A stretch of 51,812 nt of DNA from Candidatus Woesearchaeota archaeon CG1_02_57_44 (GTDB taxonomy: Archaea > Nanobdellota > Nanobdellia > Woesearchaeales > CG1-02-57-44), in contig MNWW01000020.1 in assembly GCA_001871415.1 (NCBI GenBank), positions 1 through 51,812 of the forward strand. The letters are read 5' to 3'. Below the pieces are notes generated by a model that saw nothing but the letters and a program-made list of their open reading frames with translations, was not told where the DNA came from and searched no databases. Shown piece after piece: positions 19,165 through 29,144 of the stretch (positions are counted from its first letter, which is position 1; every line of letters starts with the position of its first letter). The position numbers and the translations under genes are program-made.

Positions 19165-19929
19165 TTATCGTTCTATTCTTTTCTGCTCGTCTGCGCGGTT
19201 CGCTTCGGTGTCCTTCTTCAGTGTCGTTGTGTCCTTTCCGAGCTCTTTAATCAACCCGAAGAATAAGGCCAGTTCCCTGCCGCTCATGCGTCCTACTGCT
19301 CGGTGGAGCACCTGCAGGTGCTGCGTCTGCTTGGGTGCTGGCAGGTCAAGAGCGCCGACGCGTGCTTCTGCCAGTGCCATGAACGCGTCCTTCTCCTTCC
19401 TGCCTGCTGGTCGCGCATCCCCTCGTTTATCTGCCGACGCTGCCTTGAGGCGCGACCCATGGGTCGCTTGATAGAGCACGATGGCCACGGCATGCGACAG
19501 GTTGAGCGCAGCGTACGCGGCGGTGGGTATGGTCAGGATCATATCTGCCTGCGCGAGCTCCTCATTGCTCAGGCCATCGCCTTCCCGGCCGAAGACCAAT
19601 GTGCATCCGGGTGGCGCTGAGAACGCGGGCAGCAGCACCGGGGTCCTGGTGATGTTGTAGTCCGTGCCGATTTTGCTGGTGGTGGCGACGAGCATGTCCA
19701 TCGCGAAGACATCAGCGACACCGACGATGCGCGCCTTCTCGAGGATATGCTGCGCGTGGCAGGCGACCTTGCGCGCCTCGATGCTGAGATGATCGCACCG
19801 GGGGCTGGCGATGATAAGCGAATGGACGCCGAAGTTTGCCATGCTGCGGGCAACAGCTCCGATATTCTCTGGTGTCTGCGGCTCGATGAGCGCGACGCTG
19901 ATGTCGGGGGGAAGGGAATGGGCTCGCAT
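19165..19929 (-). CDS. trmJ: SPOUT tRNA methyltransferase, TrmJ family
   Basis: PENIGAVARSMANFG, VFGREGDGLSNEEL and LNLSHAV motifs. Confidence 0.9.
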   Translation of the reverse strand: MRAHSLPPDISVALIEPQTPENIGAVARSMANFGVHSLIIASPRCDHLSIEARKVACHAQHILEKARIVGVADVFAMDMLVATTSKIGTDYNITRTPVLLPAFSAPPGCTLVFGREGDGLSNEELAQADMILTIPTAAYAALNLSHAVAIVLYQATHGSRLKAASADKRGDARPAGRKEKDAFMALAEARVGALDLPAPKQTQHLQVLHRAVGRMSGRELALFFGLIKELGKDTTTLKKDTEANRADEQKRIER

Positions 19930-20102
19930 GCAACGCAGGAATCCGCAGGGGTATATATAGAAATCCTGCGAAGCGGCAAGTGTGCTCGCCCTCCGCTCCT
20001 CGGGGTATGCTTCGGTTCAGTGGAGGGGTATCATGGGCTGCCTGCAGCTGATTGCCGCCCCCAAACGATAATTTTTTTATACTACTGCTAAATACTAACA
20101 CT

Positions 20103-20555
20103 ATGGGTGGAGTGGCTCAGGAGTATGTCTAGGCATCTGCGGTCCTGTTCGCGTTGCATGGTAATTACGACCCGGTGCTTGACGCCTTGTACAATAGGAT
20201 TGTGCAGGGGCCGGGTGGCAGGGGCATTTTGGCTGATACCGGGGTGGAACATTACGAGAAGCCAAGGTGCTCGGAGCTTGTCCCTGATTTCGGCGGCCCG
20301 ACACAGGCCCTCGCGTGGTATGATCGCATCCCTCCCCACTTGACCCTTCCAGCCACGCCCGATCGTATCTTCTTCTATACTTCCCTTTATTGCCTGGAGG
20401 ACGAGGGTATCTATTGCAATGCGGGAGAGACCGCGATTATCGTGCATAATCCAAGGATTCCTCAACTCGCGAATATGGTGGAGAAAGCGCTGGGTGAGCA
20501 AGGACCACTTTTTTCGCGCTCAGACATTCTCATAAGAACGCGAACGCGAGATTGA
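20103..20555 (+). pseudogene. Hypothetical gene interrupted by an in-frame TAG at 20130-20132
   Basis: TATA about 25 nt before ATG 20103. After 9 codons and a TAG, the same frame continues into the 20154-20555 ORF. Confidence 0.45.
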
Positions 20556-21717
20556 CGAGCAGCAGCAGCAGGAAGAACATGCTGATGCCCTTCCAGACTT
20601 TCATCCCTTTTTTCTTGCCAAGGAGTCGCTCGCAGCTGACGAGCATCATGCGCCCGCCGTCGATGGGGCCCAATGGCAGCAGGTTGAAGAGCCCGATGCC
20701 AAGGCTCAGCACCGCGATGGTGAGCAGCAGTCGTACTATCCAGTCATAGACCGGCAATATGGTCTTGCTGGAACCTGCGAGGCCTCCGGTCAGCGTGCGC
20801 GCCTGCTCGACGAACACGCCGAGGTATGCCATGCTCTCATTGTCGGGATTGCTGCCGAGCGTGAGCGTATAGGTCTTCTCATTCGTGGTGATGCTGAGTT
20901 CATCCCCTGGCTTCTTGCCGTCGAGGACAGTGATGAATTCCTCCAGCGTCACCGTGCTTACTCCATTGACGCTGAGGATGCGCTCGCCCGTGCGCAGGCC
21001 TGCTGCCTCTGCCGCCAACGGTGGGTCATGCGCATGCAATCCCTGGATGAGCACGCCGGTCGGTTGTATCAGCGCGTTATCTATGGGGGGAAGTGCAAAC
21101 AGCAGGACCAGATAGAGCGCAGCGAATAACAGTATGTTCGCGAACGGCCCTGCCGCGAAGACGCCGAGCTGCTCGCGCGCCTTGCGCTTGGTTATCTGCT
21201 TCTCATCCGGCTCCACGAACGCGGCAGGCACGATGGGGATGAGGATGTTAAGGAACGCGATGCCGCTGGAGAGCACGCGTATCTTGTGTGCCCGCGCGAC
21301 AACGCCGTGGGCGTACTCGTGGATGGCAGCAATCACGAAGATGCTGATTATCCAGTAGAAGAACGGGACATAAAAGACTCCTGCTGCCTTTATCGGCAGC
21401 ACAGGCATGACCCCAGGCGGGGTTCCTGGTATGAAGATGAGCTTGCGCAGGTTATCAATCAGCAGATAGGTGATGAATCCCATGCCAAGAAAGCCGATGA
21501 CAATGCCCATGTCCGCTAGCAGCTTGATGCCTTTAGGGTGCTTCTTGCCCAGCTGGTCCATCCAGGCGAGTCCCCACTTGGTGCGATACATCATGAAGTA
21601 GAGGAAGGGGAAGAAGATGTTCTGGATGTCTATCTGCTTGCGCTTGGTGTACCAGAACCAGAGCATCAGGCCAAGGAAGATGATTAGGGCGATATTGTCG
21701 ATACTCAAGCAGGGCAC
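20530..21717 (-). CDS. Site-2 protease (M50) with PDZ domain
   Basis: HEYAH, AFVEPD, AAGPFAN and NLLPLGPIDGG motifs plus a PDZ insert. Confidence 0.95.
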   Translation of the reverse strand: MPCLSIDNIALIIFLGLMLWFWYTKRKQIDIQNIFFPFLYFMMYRTKWGLAWMDQLGKKHPKGIKLLADMGIVIGFLGMGFITYLLIDNLRKLIFIPGTPPGVMPVLPIKAAGVFYVPFFYWIISIFVIAAIHEYAHGVVARAHKIRVLSSGIAFLNILIPIVPAAFVEPDEKQITKRKAREQLGVFAAGPFANILLFAALYLVLLFALPPIDNALIQPTGVLIQGLHAHDPPLAAEAAGLRTGERILSVNGVSTVTLEEFITVLDGKKPGDELSITTNEKTYTLTLGSNPDNESMAYLGVFVEQARTLTGGLAGSSKTILPVYDWIVRLLLTIAVLSLGIGLFNLLPLGPIDGGRMMLVSCERLLGKKKGMKVWKGISMFFLLLLLVNLAFAFL

Positions 21718-21762
21718 CTCTTACTAAATCGCTTTGCGCCCCCGGGGTTTATAATACTTGCG

Positions 21763-23271
21763 TCAATGATGAGTTGCCAGGAACTCCACCGCTGCCTTCC
21801 ACTGCGGGAACAGTGCGAACCCAAGGGTCTGCTTGGCGCTCTCATAGATGCTGTATGATTCAGGATCAGCATGGTACCATTGCGCGACCTTGCAGGGTGT
21901 GAGCTCTTGCATGACCCGGACTTCTGGGGTCTGATTACCGTACGAGCTGCTGAGCCAGTCACCATGCATAGGCCGGAATTTTCCCTGGAACTCCAAATCA
22001 TGGGATCTCACGAATGGATTTGGTTCTGCCTCATGCAACCGCTGTTGCACAGCGGAGTAGTCGCAGCCGAGATAGCTGAGGAATGCATCCAAGACCAGGT
22101 TGTTGCGTCGCGCCCATGAGTCCGTATTGAGTCCAAAGACGCTCCCTATGAGCTCATATTGTGCAGTCTGTTCCATGGTCTCGATAGCGAGCGCGTCTAG
22201 TTCATCTGCTATCTGGGCAAGGCAGGTGTGTGCAGGGCTATTGGCCCGGTACGCAGTGGCAGACAGGATGCGCGCGATGCGTGGGATGTGCTGGCAGTAA
22301 TCGTCATAGAAGGGGATGTCTGAGGTATTGCTGAACTGTCCAAGACGCAGCGCGAATGCCTGGACAGGGACCATATGTAACCTCCTCACCAGCGGCTCCG
22401 GAAACGCGGTGTAGTTGCTCGTGGCGATGGTGAACACATGCTCTGTTCCCTCGCCCCCGCTGATGAGCGTCTTGAGCGTGGTGATGAGCGCCTGGCCGAC
22501 AGGGTCGACGACGAATCTGTCCTCTCTATCCCTGGTGGTGGTCGATGATCCACTGCGCTCGCCATAACGCTCGTGCGTCTCTTCCCTGCTGTGCGTGTGC
22601 CGCTCCAGGTGCTCATTGACCAGCGTGTCGAACTCATCGAGCAACAGGATAGCTGTTCTGCTCTCACGCCTGGCGATGTCCTCAAGCTCCCGATACACCT
22701 GCGTGAGCCGTTTGCCTCTGCTCTCGCTCTCGCGGATAGCGCTGATATCAGCGACGTAGAAGAGCGCGGCATCGCCGAGCACCCCTTTCAGATGGCTGGC
22801 GTATTCAGTCTTGCCTGTTCCTGCGCGCTCGCCGCAAAGCAGCAGTCCATTCCAGGGCATGCGCGTGATGGGTGTTCCCGTGGCCAGATGTCTGACCAGT
22901 TCTGGATGGATATCTTTCAGCTCAGGAGGCAGCACATAGGCATGATCATCGAGAGCAAGTTCAATAGGGCGATACAGGCCTGCTGCAGAAGACGACGCGC
23001 CCGAAGGCAAGCTTCCCGCGAGCGTTGCCACCTGCTCGAGGCGCTGTTGCGCAGAGGTGAGCGCACCAGTGGTCTGCCCAGCAAGCAGCTGGTTGAGCAG
23101 CTCAGGATCCATGACGGAGAGCGCGTGTATCTCTGCGAGCGTGCGAAGCAGCGCTTCCAGGTCGTCTGGTTTGCTATCTGTCACAATGTCAGGCAATCTT
23201 CGTGCGCTATAAAATGATTGTTGCAGAAGAACGCCGATTCGCAGCAGGTTATCAGCGCTCTCGCTGTACAT
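21763..23271 (-). CDS. Divergent AAA+ ATPase
   Basis: LLCGERAGTGKT Walker A, ILLLDEFD Walker B, IATSN sensor I and PLVRRL Arg finger. Confidence 0.75.
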   Translation of the reverse strand: MYSESADNLLRIGVLLQQSFYSARRLPDIVTDSKPDDLEALLRTLAEIHALSVMDPELLNQLLAGQTTGALTSAQQRLEQVATLAGSLPSGASSSAAGLYRPIELALDDHAYVLPPELKDIHPELVRHLATGTPITRMPWNGLLLCGERAGTGKTEYASHLKGVLGDAALFYVADISAIRESESRGKRLTQVYRELEDIARRESRTAILLLDEFDTLVNEHLERHTHSREETHERYGERSGSSTTTRDREDRFVVDPVGQALITTLKTLISGGEGTEHVFTIATSNYTAFPEPLVRRLHMVPVQAFALRLGQFSNTSDIPFYDDYCQHIPRIARILSATAYRANSPAHTCLAQIADELDALAIETMEQTAQYELIGSVFGLNTDSWARRNNLVLDAFLSYLGCDYSAVQQRLHEAEPNPFVRSHDLEFQGKFRPMHGDWLSSSYGNQTPEVRVMQELTPCKVAQWYHADPESYSIYESAKQTLGFALFPQWKAAVEFLATHH

Positions 23272-23461
23272 TTCAGACCAGAAAAAACAGGTCATTCCCT
23301 TATTTCTTCCTGACAGGTCGCAGCGCGGCTGAGCCGCAGCGTCCGCACGACGCCTTGCCCGCTGACACTTTCAGACCAGAGACTCGCGTCTTGCGCTTGC
23401 AGGCCCTGCAGACAAAGACATTCTTGAAAAGCCGGAATTCTGCTTCAGGGAATTTCGTCAT

Positions 23462-23857
23462 TTACTCACCTTTCAACTGCTTAAGGACCCTTCTGCCCAT
23501 AATCTGCCAGAACAGGACAGTCTGGCCTTCTGTGAGTTGGTCCTTGAACTCATCCGGTACATCAAGCTCGAACTGCTCAAAGCTCTCCATGTCCATGACA
23601 CTGACTTTTTCGCTCATGACCGCAAGTACTTGCGCATTGCGTTTCTCAAGGATTGGGACGTCGACACTGTCGTGGCCTGGCATGACCAGATCACGCTTCT
23701 TATCGTCAAAAAGACCCACAGCCTCGATGCGTATTTTCGCGTGTCCATGCTTGCCGGGTCTGGAAACAGAAAGATTGGAAACCTTGCTTGGCTCGCCGTC
23801 AATGACCACATAACTGCCTTTCTTGAGATACGATGCGGAAACGGGCTTTGTGCTCAT
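23462..23857 (-). CDS. eif5a: Translation factor aIF5A
   Basis: Hypusine loop PGKHGHAK. Confidence 0.97.
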   Translation of the reverse strand: MSTKPVSASYLKKGSYVVIDGEPSKVSNLSVSRPGKHGHAKIRIEAVGLFDDKKRDLVMPGHDSVDVPILEKRNAQVLAVMSEKVSVMDMESFEQFELDVPDEFKDQLTEGQTVLFWQIMGRRVLKQLKGE

Positions 23858-24081
23858 GATATCACCGAGTTCTACGGAAACCGGGTCGGTTTATAAAGGT
23901 TGTTGCTGGTGTTCAAGAAGCTGGAGGTGTCATCTTCCCATGCCCGCAGGGTTTTCAGGAGCATGCGGCATACCCGTAAGTGTGCCTGTCGCGGACCATA
24001 ATCCGGCAATATCACTGACTATATTACTATTCAGTCCACAACACCACAAACTATATTACTGTTCAGCCCAGAAGTCCCGGA

Positions 24082-25158
24082 ATGATCAGGACGGTGCGCA
24101 TCGCAGGATCCGGCCCCTCAGGCATGTCAGCGGCGATAACGCTCGCCAAAGCTGGTCATACTGTCGAAGTGCACGAACGCAACGCTGACGCCGGTATGCG
24201 TTTCCATGGTGATCTGCAGGGCCTGGAGAACTGGTCTGAGGACACTGACGTCCTTGACTCGCTGCGAAGCATGGGTATTAGCGTCAATTTTGACACCACG
24301 CCATTCAAGGATATCGCAGTGACTGATGGTTCGACCATCTGGCCCATATCCTGCAGCAGACCAGGGTTCTATCTGGTCAAGCGGGGCAATGTCGCTGGTT
24401 CAATCGACCAGGGGCTCAGGGAACAGGCACTCGCGGCAGGTGTCCGAATACGCTACAAGAGCGCCCTTACAGAGCAGGACACAGATATCATCGCTACCGG
24501 ACCGCGGATGGGTGAGGTTCCGGCAATCGCCAAGGGTATTGTCTTTGAGACCTCCTTGCCTGATATGGCGCTGGGCATGTTCAATGATAAGGCGGCTCAT
24601 CTCGCCTATGCGTATCTGCTGGTCACTGGCGGATATGGCTGCCTGTGCTCCATGGTCTGCAAGGACCTGCGTCTCATCAATCCCTGCTTTGAGGAGGCAA
24701 AGCGCCTCTTCGCGACCTTGGTGGATCTTGACATCCGCCAGCCACGCAATGTCGGCGGCGTCGGCAGTATCAGCGCAGTGCCGGAATTCCGTCGCGGGCA
24801 TGCGCTGCTGGTCGGCGAAGCAGCAGGGTTGCAGGACCTGATGTGGGGCTTTGGGATGAGGAACGCGCTGCTCTCCGGCCATCTGGCCGCGCAGTCCATC
24901 ATACAGGGCGCCTCGTATGAACGGCTTGCCTCTCCAGTCTTCACCCCGCGCCTCAAGGCGGGTGTGGTCAATCGCTATATCTGGGAGCGTTGGGCCAGCA
25001 AAGGCTACGCGAATGTGCTGCGCGGCAAGGTGCTTGAGCGCAAAGGGGATCCTCTCCCTATACTGAATAAGATGTATACTTACAGAGGCATGCATCCGCT
25101 TATCTATCCCTTCGCGAAGCGATATATCCGGAAGCAATATCCTATGATCCGATGGTGA
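24082..25158 (+). CDS. FAD-dependent oxidoreductase (geranylgeranyl-reductase-like)
   Basis: IAGSGPSG Rossmann motif and LVGEAAG...G.GMRNALLSG. Confidence 0.8.
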   Translation: MIRTVRIAGSGPSGMSAAITLAKAGHTVEVHERNADAGMRFHGDLQGLENWSEDTDVLDSLRSMGISVNFDTTPFKDIAVTDGSTIWPISCSRPGFYLVKRGNVAGSIDQGLREQALAAGVRIRYKSALTEQDTDIIATGPRMGEVPAIAKGIVFETSLPDMALGMFNDKAAHLAYAYLLVTGGYGCLCSMVCKDLRLINPCFEEAKRLFATLVDLDIRQPRNVGGVGSISAVPEFRRGHALLVGEAAGLQDLMWGFGMRNALLSGHLAAQSIIQGASYERLASPVFTPRLKAGVVNRYIWERWASKGYANVLRGKVLERKGDPLPILNKMYTYRGMHPLIYPFAKRYIRKQYPMIRW

Positions 25159-25176
25159 CATGCTTGCGCATCCTGC

Positions 25177-25659
25177 TCACCCATCGAGAGGATCGACCAG
25201 TCGCCGTGTCTTGGACAGATAGTTCTGGACGCTGCCTTCTTTCACACGACCGCAGCCGAGCACGATGCCATCGTAGCGCAGGATGACGAATCCTGAGCAG
25301 TCCTTCAGAGCGTCCTGGCCAGCAGTCCCTTCGCCGAAGCTGAGATCTTCGCCCTCGAACCACGCTTTGCGCATCGACCTATCGACATCGATGACGTTTT
25401 TCGTCGCATGCGCTCCGATGGTCTGGGCTCCTTCGATCGACAACCGCAGTCCGATAGGTGATTGTTCGGCGAAATAGCAGCCGAGGCTGCTGATTTTCCT
25501 GCGCTGATCCTCGTCAGCAAGATCACCCGTGAACAAGTAGTAGCGGTTCTTGTTATTGGCCAGATACTGCCCTTCAGGTAATGGCGCGTCCCATTGCTCT
25601 TGGATTTCCTGTCCCAGCCGCTTTTTTTCTCTGCTGGTGAGAAACTTGATTTCCTGCAT
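25177..25659 (-). CDS. Nip7/PUA-like ribosome biogenesis protein
   Basis: GLRLSIEGAQ..G..ATKNVI, WFEGED and GCG motifs. Confidence 0.7.
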   Translation of the reverse strand: MQEIKFLTSREKKRLGQEIQEQWDAPLPEGQYLANNKNRYYLFTGDLADEDQRRKISSLGCYFAEQSPIGLRLSIEGAQTIGAHATKNVIDVDRSMRKAWFEGEDLSFGEGTAGQDALKDCSGFVILRYDGIVLGCGRVKEGSVQNYLSKTRRLVDPLDG

Positions 25660-25813
25660 GCGAAGCACGATTTATCTGGTATATTTAAAAACTAACCATA
25701 ATTCACCACAGGTTGTTGATGCGAAGTAATCGGTTCGCGTCGATTCCCTGTCCAAAAGGCGAGGCAGGGCTGCAAAGCCCGGCTCTTGTGATCGACCGTT
25801 TTGGAAAAGGTCG

Positions 25814-25891
25814 GGGGCTGTAGTGTAGCCTGGTCTATCATCTTAGGTTTGGGACCTGAGGACCCCGGTTCAAATCCGGGCAGCCCCACCA
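25814..25891 (+). tRNA. tRNA-Pro (TGG)
   Basis: Acceptor GGGGCTG/CAGCCCC, anticodon arm TTAGG-TTTGGGA-CCTGA, T-arm GGTTCAAATCC, encoded CCA. Confidence 0.96.
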
Positions 25892-26075
25892 TTCTATTCC
25901 TGCTGTTCGCTGTAGCTATTCTTGCGCTTGGTGGCTTCCGGGTCCAGGAATCCTGCAGAGGATTTTTTGTCTGTCCAGGCAACCGCACTTCTCTCTTCGG
26001 ATCTCATCATCTTGGACATTATAAATGACCTGGCAAATCATTATATTGTCTGGATCATCCCAACAATGATATGAT

Positions 26076-26204
26076 TTCTTGCGATGGGTCCATACCCTGC
26101 CCTTGAGGGCGCACCATCGCAAGGACCAGAAATCCGCGTGCAGCAGCGAGGCGCGTCATACCGCGGCCTTCAGGCCGCGGTCAGCGTCGAGCAGCGGATT
26201 TCTG
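26076..26204. repeat. Dispersed double-hairpin element, divergent copy 3
   Basis: Shares ATACCGCGGCCTTCAGGCCGCGGT and the same architecture as the other copies, with compensatory stem changes. Confidence 0.8.
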
Positions 26205-26383
26205 ATTCCGACAGTATTACCTGGCCTTGAATCAAGACTTGAGCTGACGTATCATGGCGATTCTTCGGGCGTCGTGACCCAGGCGTCACTGGGGGGCTTC
26301 CGATCGAGTTTCTGGTCATACCATCACTGCAGCCTCGTAGGTTCCGCATCAAGCTGCATGATGACGCCTGCAATATCCAGACC

Positions 26384-27283
26384 GTGGAGGGAGCGACAGA
26401 CTACGAAGAGCGATGCCCGACTGTGCCGGGCTTCTTCTGGGAGTTCCCTGACCCGACGTCCATGTCGCCTGTGGTCATTGCTGTGTGCAAGGCGTCCCGA
26501 CATATGCACGTTCCTGTCGTCTACTCTGGTGATCCTGAGCAGGACCCTGCTGTCCAGGACATGTTGGACGCGTCCGGCGCCCAAAGCGCGCTTGACCTGT
26601 TCGGTGAGCGGCGCCATCTAGATGGCAAGGTATTGATTGAGCTGACTCCTAATTATGACGGAACGTTCATCCATCGCACAGTGGAACGTAGGCGGCGTAG
26701 CAATCCGTATCACATCGCGGCGCTGCACGTTCCTTATGCGCGCCAACGTTCAGAGGTGGCGGATGTCGTCAACGGCCTTATCCAAGAGCTGGATGCGAGC
26801 AATATCTATTTTCCAAGAACGTTGTTTGATGAACGCCCTCAGCAAACATGTGTCCATTCAGGTGCTATTATCTGCTATGTATCGCACACTAAGCTCAAGG
26901 CTGCTCTGCAGAGCGGTGACGCGCCGTGGACGCATGTGACGCATGCTGCCCTCTATGAGAATCGCAGCCGTGACAAGAATATGCTGCTAGCAGTATTGCT
27001 TGGGAAATCTGTGCACGAATGGGGTGCGCGGCCTGAAAGTTACACCGGGCAGGCAGCGAGTGTTCCCCTCACAGGAAACTGCACCCCTGCTGAGCTCGCT
27101 GCAGAGGAATTGTACGTAAAAAGCGTCGTCAATCCAGCGATGGCGTTCATGCAGGCCGATGCTTCTGCGATAAGCCAGTGGGCTTATGGCGGTAAAAGCG
27201 GTTATGAAGCATTGCCCGGTATCTTGCAGCATGCGAGGGAACACGCGCAATCGGTTTTTTCCCCTGCAGGTCAAAGCAGGTGA
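26384..27283 (+). CDS. Hypothetical protein (5' part possibly disrupted)
   Basis: 299-aa ORF. The frame is open upstream to about 26243 without an ATG. Confidence 0.55.
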   Translation: MEGATDYEERCPTVPGFFWEFPDPTSMSPVVIAVCKASRHMHVPVVYSGDPEQDPAVQDMLDASGAQSALDLFGERRHLDGKVLIELTPNYDGTFIHRTVERRRRSNPYHIAALHVPYARQRSEVADVVNGLIQELDASNIYFPRTLFDERPQQTCVHSGAIICYVSHTKLKAALQSGDAPWTHVTHAALYENRSRDKNMLLAVLLGKSVHEWGARPESYTGQAASVPLTGNCTPAELAAEELYVKSVVNPAMAFMQADASAISQWAYGGKSGYEALPGILQHAREHAQSVFSPAGQSR

Positions 27284-27400
27284 ACATCGTTTCTTTCAGG
27301 TGTTGATGTATCGCGTCATTGCTCATTCCCTCGTGGTTTCAGCAGGGATATCATTGTCAACCCGATATCTTTATAAACACCTCTTAAAATCCTCCATACT

Positions 27401-27667
27401 ATGACTTCAGGTGCCATCAAGCGCTACGGGAGCCGTTACGGTCGCAAGACCCGCCACCGCCTTGACGCAGTGGAGACTCTCCAGAAGGCCAAGTACGAGT
27501 GCCCGGCGTGCAATCAGATAGCTGCCAAGCGCGTATCTGCGGGTATTTGGGAGTGCCGCAAGTGTCAGACCAAGTTCGCTGGCGGCGCCTACCAGGTAAA
27601 GAAAGTGCAGGTCGTGATGGAGCAAGCCGGTAAGGCGTACCTGGAGTCCTTTGAGATGGAGGAGTAG
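27401..27667 (+). CDS. rpl37ae: 50S ribosomal protein L37Ae
   Basis: RYGSRYG, CPAC...GIWECRKC...AGGAY. Confidence 0.97.
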   Translation: MTSGAIKRYGSRYGRKTRHRLDAVETLQKAKYECPACNQIAAKRVSAGIWECRKCQTKFAGGAYQVKKVQVVMEQAGKAYLESFEMEE

Positions 27668-27805
27668 ATGGTCACCTACCGCTGCTTTAACTGCAACAAG
27701 GAAATCGAGGATACCACGCTTCGCAAGAAGGTCCTGTGCAGGTACTGCGGCTCCAAGATTCTTTTCAAGCCACGGCAGACCCTGACCAAGGTTGTGGGAA
27801 GGTAG
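27668..27805 (+). CDS. rpoP: RNA polymerase subunit P (Rpo12)
   Basis: 45 aa, MVTYRCFNC...CRYCGSKILFKPR. Conserved position after rpl37ae; absent from the ORF track. Confidence 0.93.
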   Translation: MVTYRCFNCNKEIEDTTLRKKVLCRYCGSKILFKPRQTLTKVVGR

Positions 27806-27807
27806 CG

Positions 27808-28119
27808 ATGGCTGACGTTGAGCAGCTGCAGGCGATTGAGCAGAACCTTCAGAACCTTCGCTCGCAACGCCAGCAGGTGCAGATGCAGCTGATGGAAACC
27901 GATTCTGCCCTGGAGGAGCTTGACAAGTCAGGAAAAGCCTACCGCATCGTCGGGGGCATCATGGTCGCAGTTGATAAGGATTCATTGCGCGCGGAACTGG
28001 AAAAGAAAAAAGAGCTCTTGCAGGTCCGCAGCAAGACCATAGAAAAGCAGGAAGGCCTTCTGAAGGAGCGCGGCAAGTCATTGCAGGCAGAATTCCTCAA
28101 AGGCATGAAGAAGGAGTGA
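27808..28119 (+). CDS. pfdB: Prefoldin beta subunit
   Basis: Coiled coil-AYRIVGGIMV-coiled coil, in the conserved operon context. Confidence 0.9.
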   Translation: MADVEQLQAIEQNLQNLRSQRQQVQMQLMETDSALEELDKSGKAYRIVGGIMVAVDKDSLRAELEKKKELLQVRSKTIEKQEGLLKERGKSLQAEFLKGMKKE

Positions 28120-28376
28120 TGCTCATGGACATCATTGAAGGCGTTATTCACGCCCTGGCGGAGTTGGCTGATGACACAAGCGTTCCAAAGAACGTGCGCG
28201 AGAAAGTCAACGCGGCTAGGGGATTTCTGGGCGAAAAGGATACTGAGCTATCTATCAAGGTCAACAAGGCGCTGGCTGAGCTTGAGGAAGTCAGCGAGGA
28301 TATCAATATCCAGACCTACACGCGAACGCAGCTCTGGAACATCGCGAGCATGCTCGAGAAGGCGCTGCTCAAGTAG
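28116..28376 (+). CDS. UPF0147 family protein
   Basis: DTSVPKNVR and D.NI..YTRTQLWNIASMLE motifs. Confidence 0.9.
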   Translation: MMLMDIIEGVIHALAELADDTSVPKNVREKVNAARGFLGEKDTELSIKVNKALAELEEVSEDINIQTYTRTQLWNIASMLEKALLK

Positions 28377-28462
28377 AAGTCGTGTTGCAGCAACGGACGC
28401 GGTGCTTGCTGAAGTCTTATTGCAGCAAGAATTTCTGCTATCCTATGTTCCTGATGCCGACC

Positions 28463-29023
28463 CTACTTTTTCTTCGGCTTGATCTTTATGACTTCAGTTC
28501 GCAGCAGGTGCGCGTTGGGGATGCTGATTAAATCATCCCCTGACGTACGCAGGATGACCTCGGTCATGGTGCGCTGCTCGACGATGCCCTCGATACCGCG
28601 CAGGCGTATGCGATCCCCGATAGTGACGAACTTTCGTGAACCCAGCAACAACCCTGCGAAGAAATTCGGCACATAATCCTTGATGGCCAGCAGGATGGAG
28701 AGTACCAGCACAGCGACGACGAGTGTGCCGATGCTGTAGAGCACGGCGGTCGTCACTTTCAGCTGGTTGAGCGCGAGGATGACGCTGGCGAAATAGCCGA
28801 GGTACGTGATGATGTTGCCGATGATGGGCTCCATGGGCATGCCAAAGCCGATGCGCGACAGGCCCTTGTCAAAGTCCAGCTCGAACAGGATGCGCTGCAC
28901 GGACCTGCCGATGATCTTGGCCAGGATGAAACCGACGAGCAGGATGATGACCGAGAGCACGAGATCAGCGACAAATCCACTGAAGACCTCCTGCACAAAG
29001 TCTGTTGCCTGCGAGAGTTGCAT
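28463..29023 (-). CDS. Small-conductance mechanosensitive channel (MscS family)
   Basis: TM helices, NFFAG, GDRI..GIEGIV and IPN motifs. Confidence 0.88.
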   Translation of the reverse strand: MQLSQATDFVQEVFSGFVADLVLSVIILLVGFILAKIIGRSVQRILFELDFDKGLSRIGFGMPMEPIIGNIITYLGYFASVILALNQLKVTTAVLYSIGTLVVAVLVLSILLAIKDYVPNFFAGLLLGSRKFVTIGDRIRLRGIEGIVEQRTMTEVILRTSGDDLISIPNAHLLRTEVIKIKPKKK

Positions 29024-29144
29024 GCTGCGAAAGAGCCCGGGTTGGTATATAAATCTTGTGCGGTGCCTGGCGCGGGTGAAGTGCGCGGGAAGAACCGCTG
29101 CGATCGCTGTTCACGGCAGGAGTTGCGCGAGATTCCCTGCATGT

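Noticed and set aside
20130-20132. Genome-wide amber recoding
   Set aside because: rpl37ae, rpoP, infB and the DRG gene end normally at TAG, and aRF1 motifs look canonical.
25755-25800. tRNA-Cys-like anticodon (CTGCAAA)
   Set aside because: There is no D-arm, T-arm or acceptor stem; it reads better as a GNRA hairpin.
25891-27283. Integrated element at tRNA-Pro
   Set aside because: No integrase or duplicated tRNA 3' end was seen in the window.
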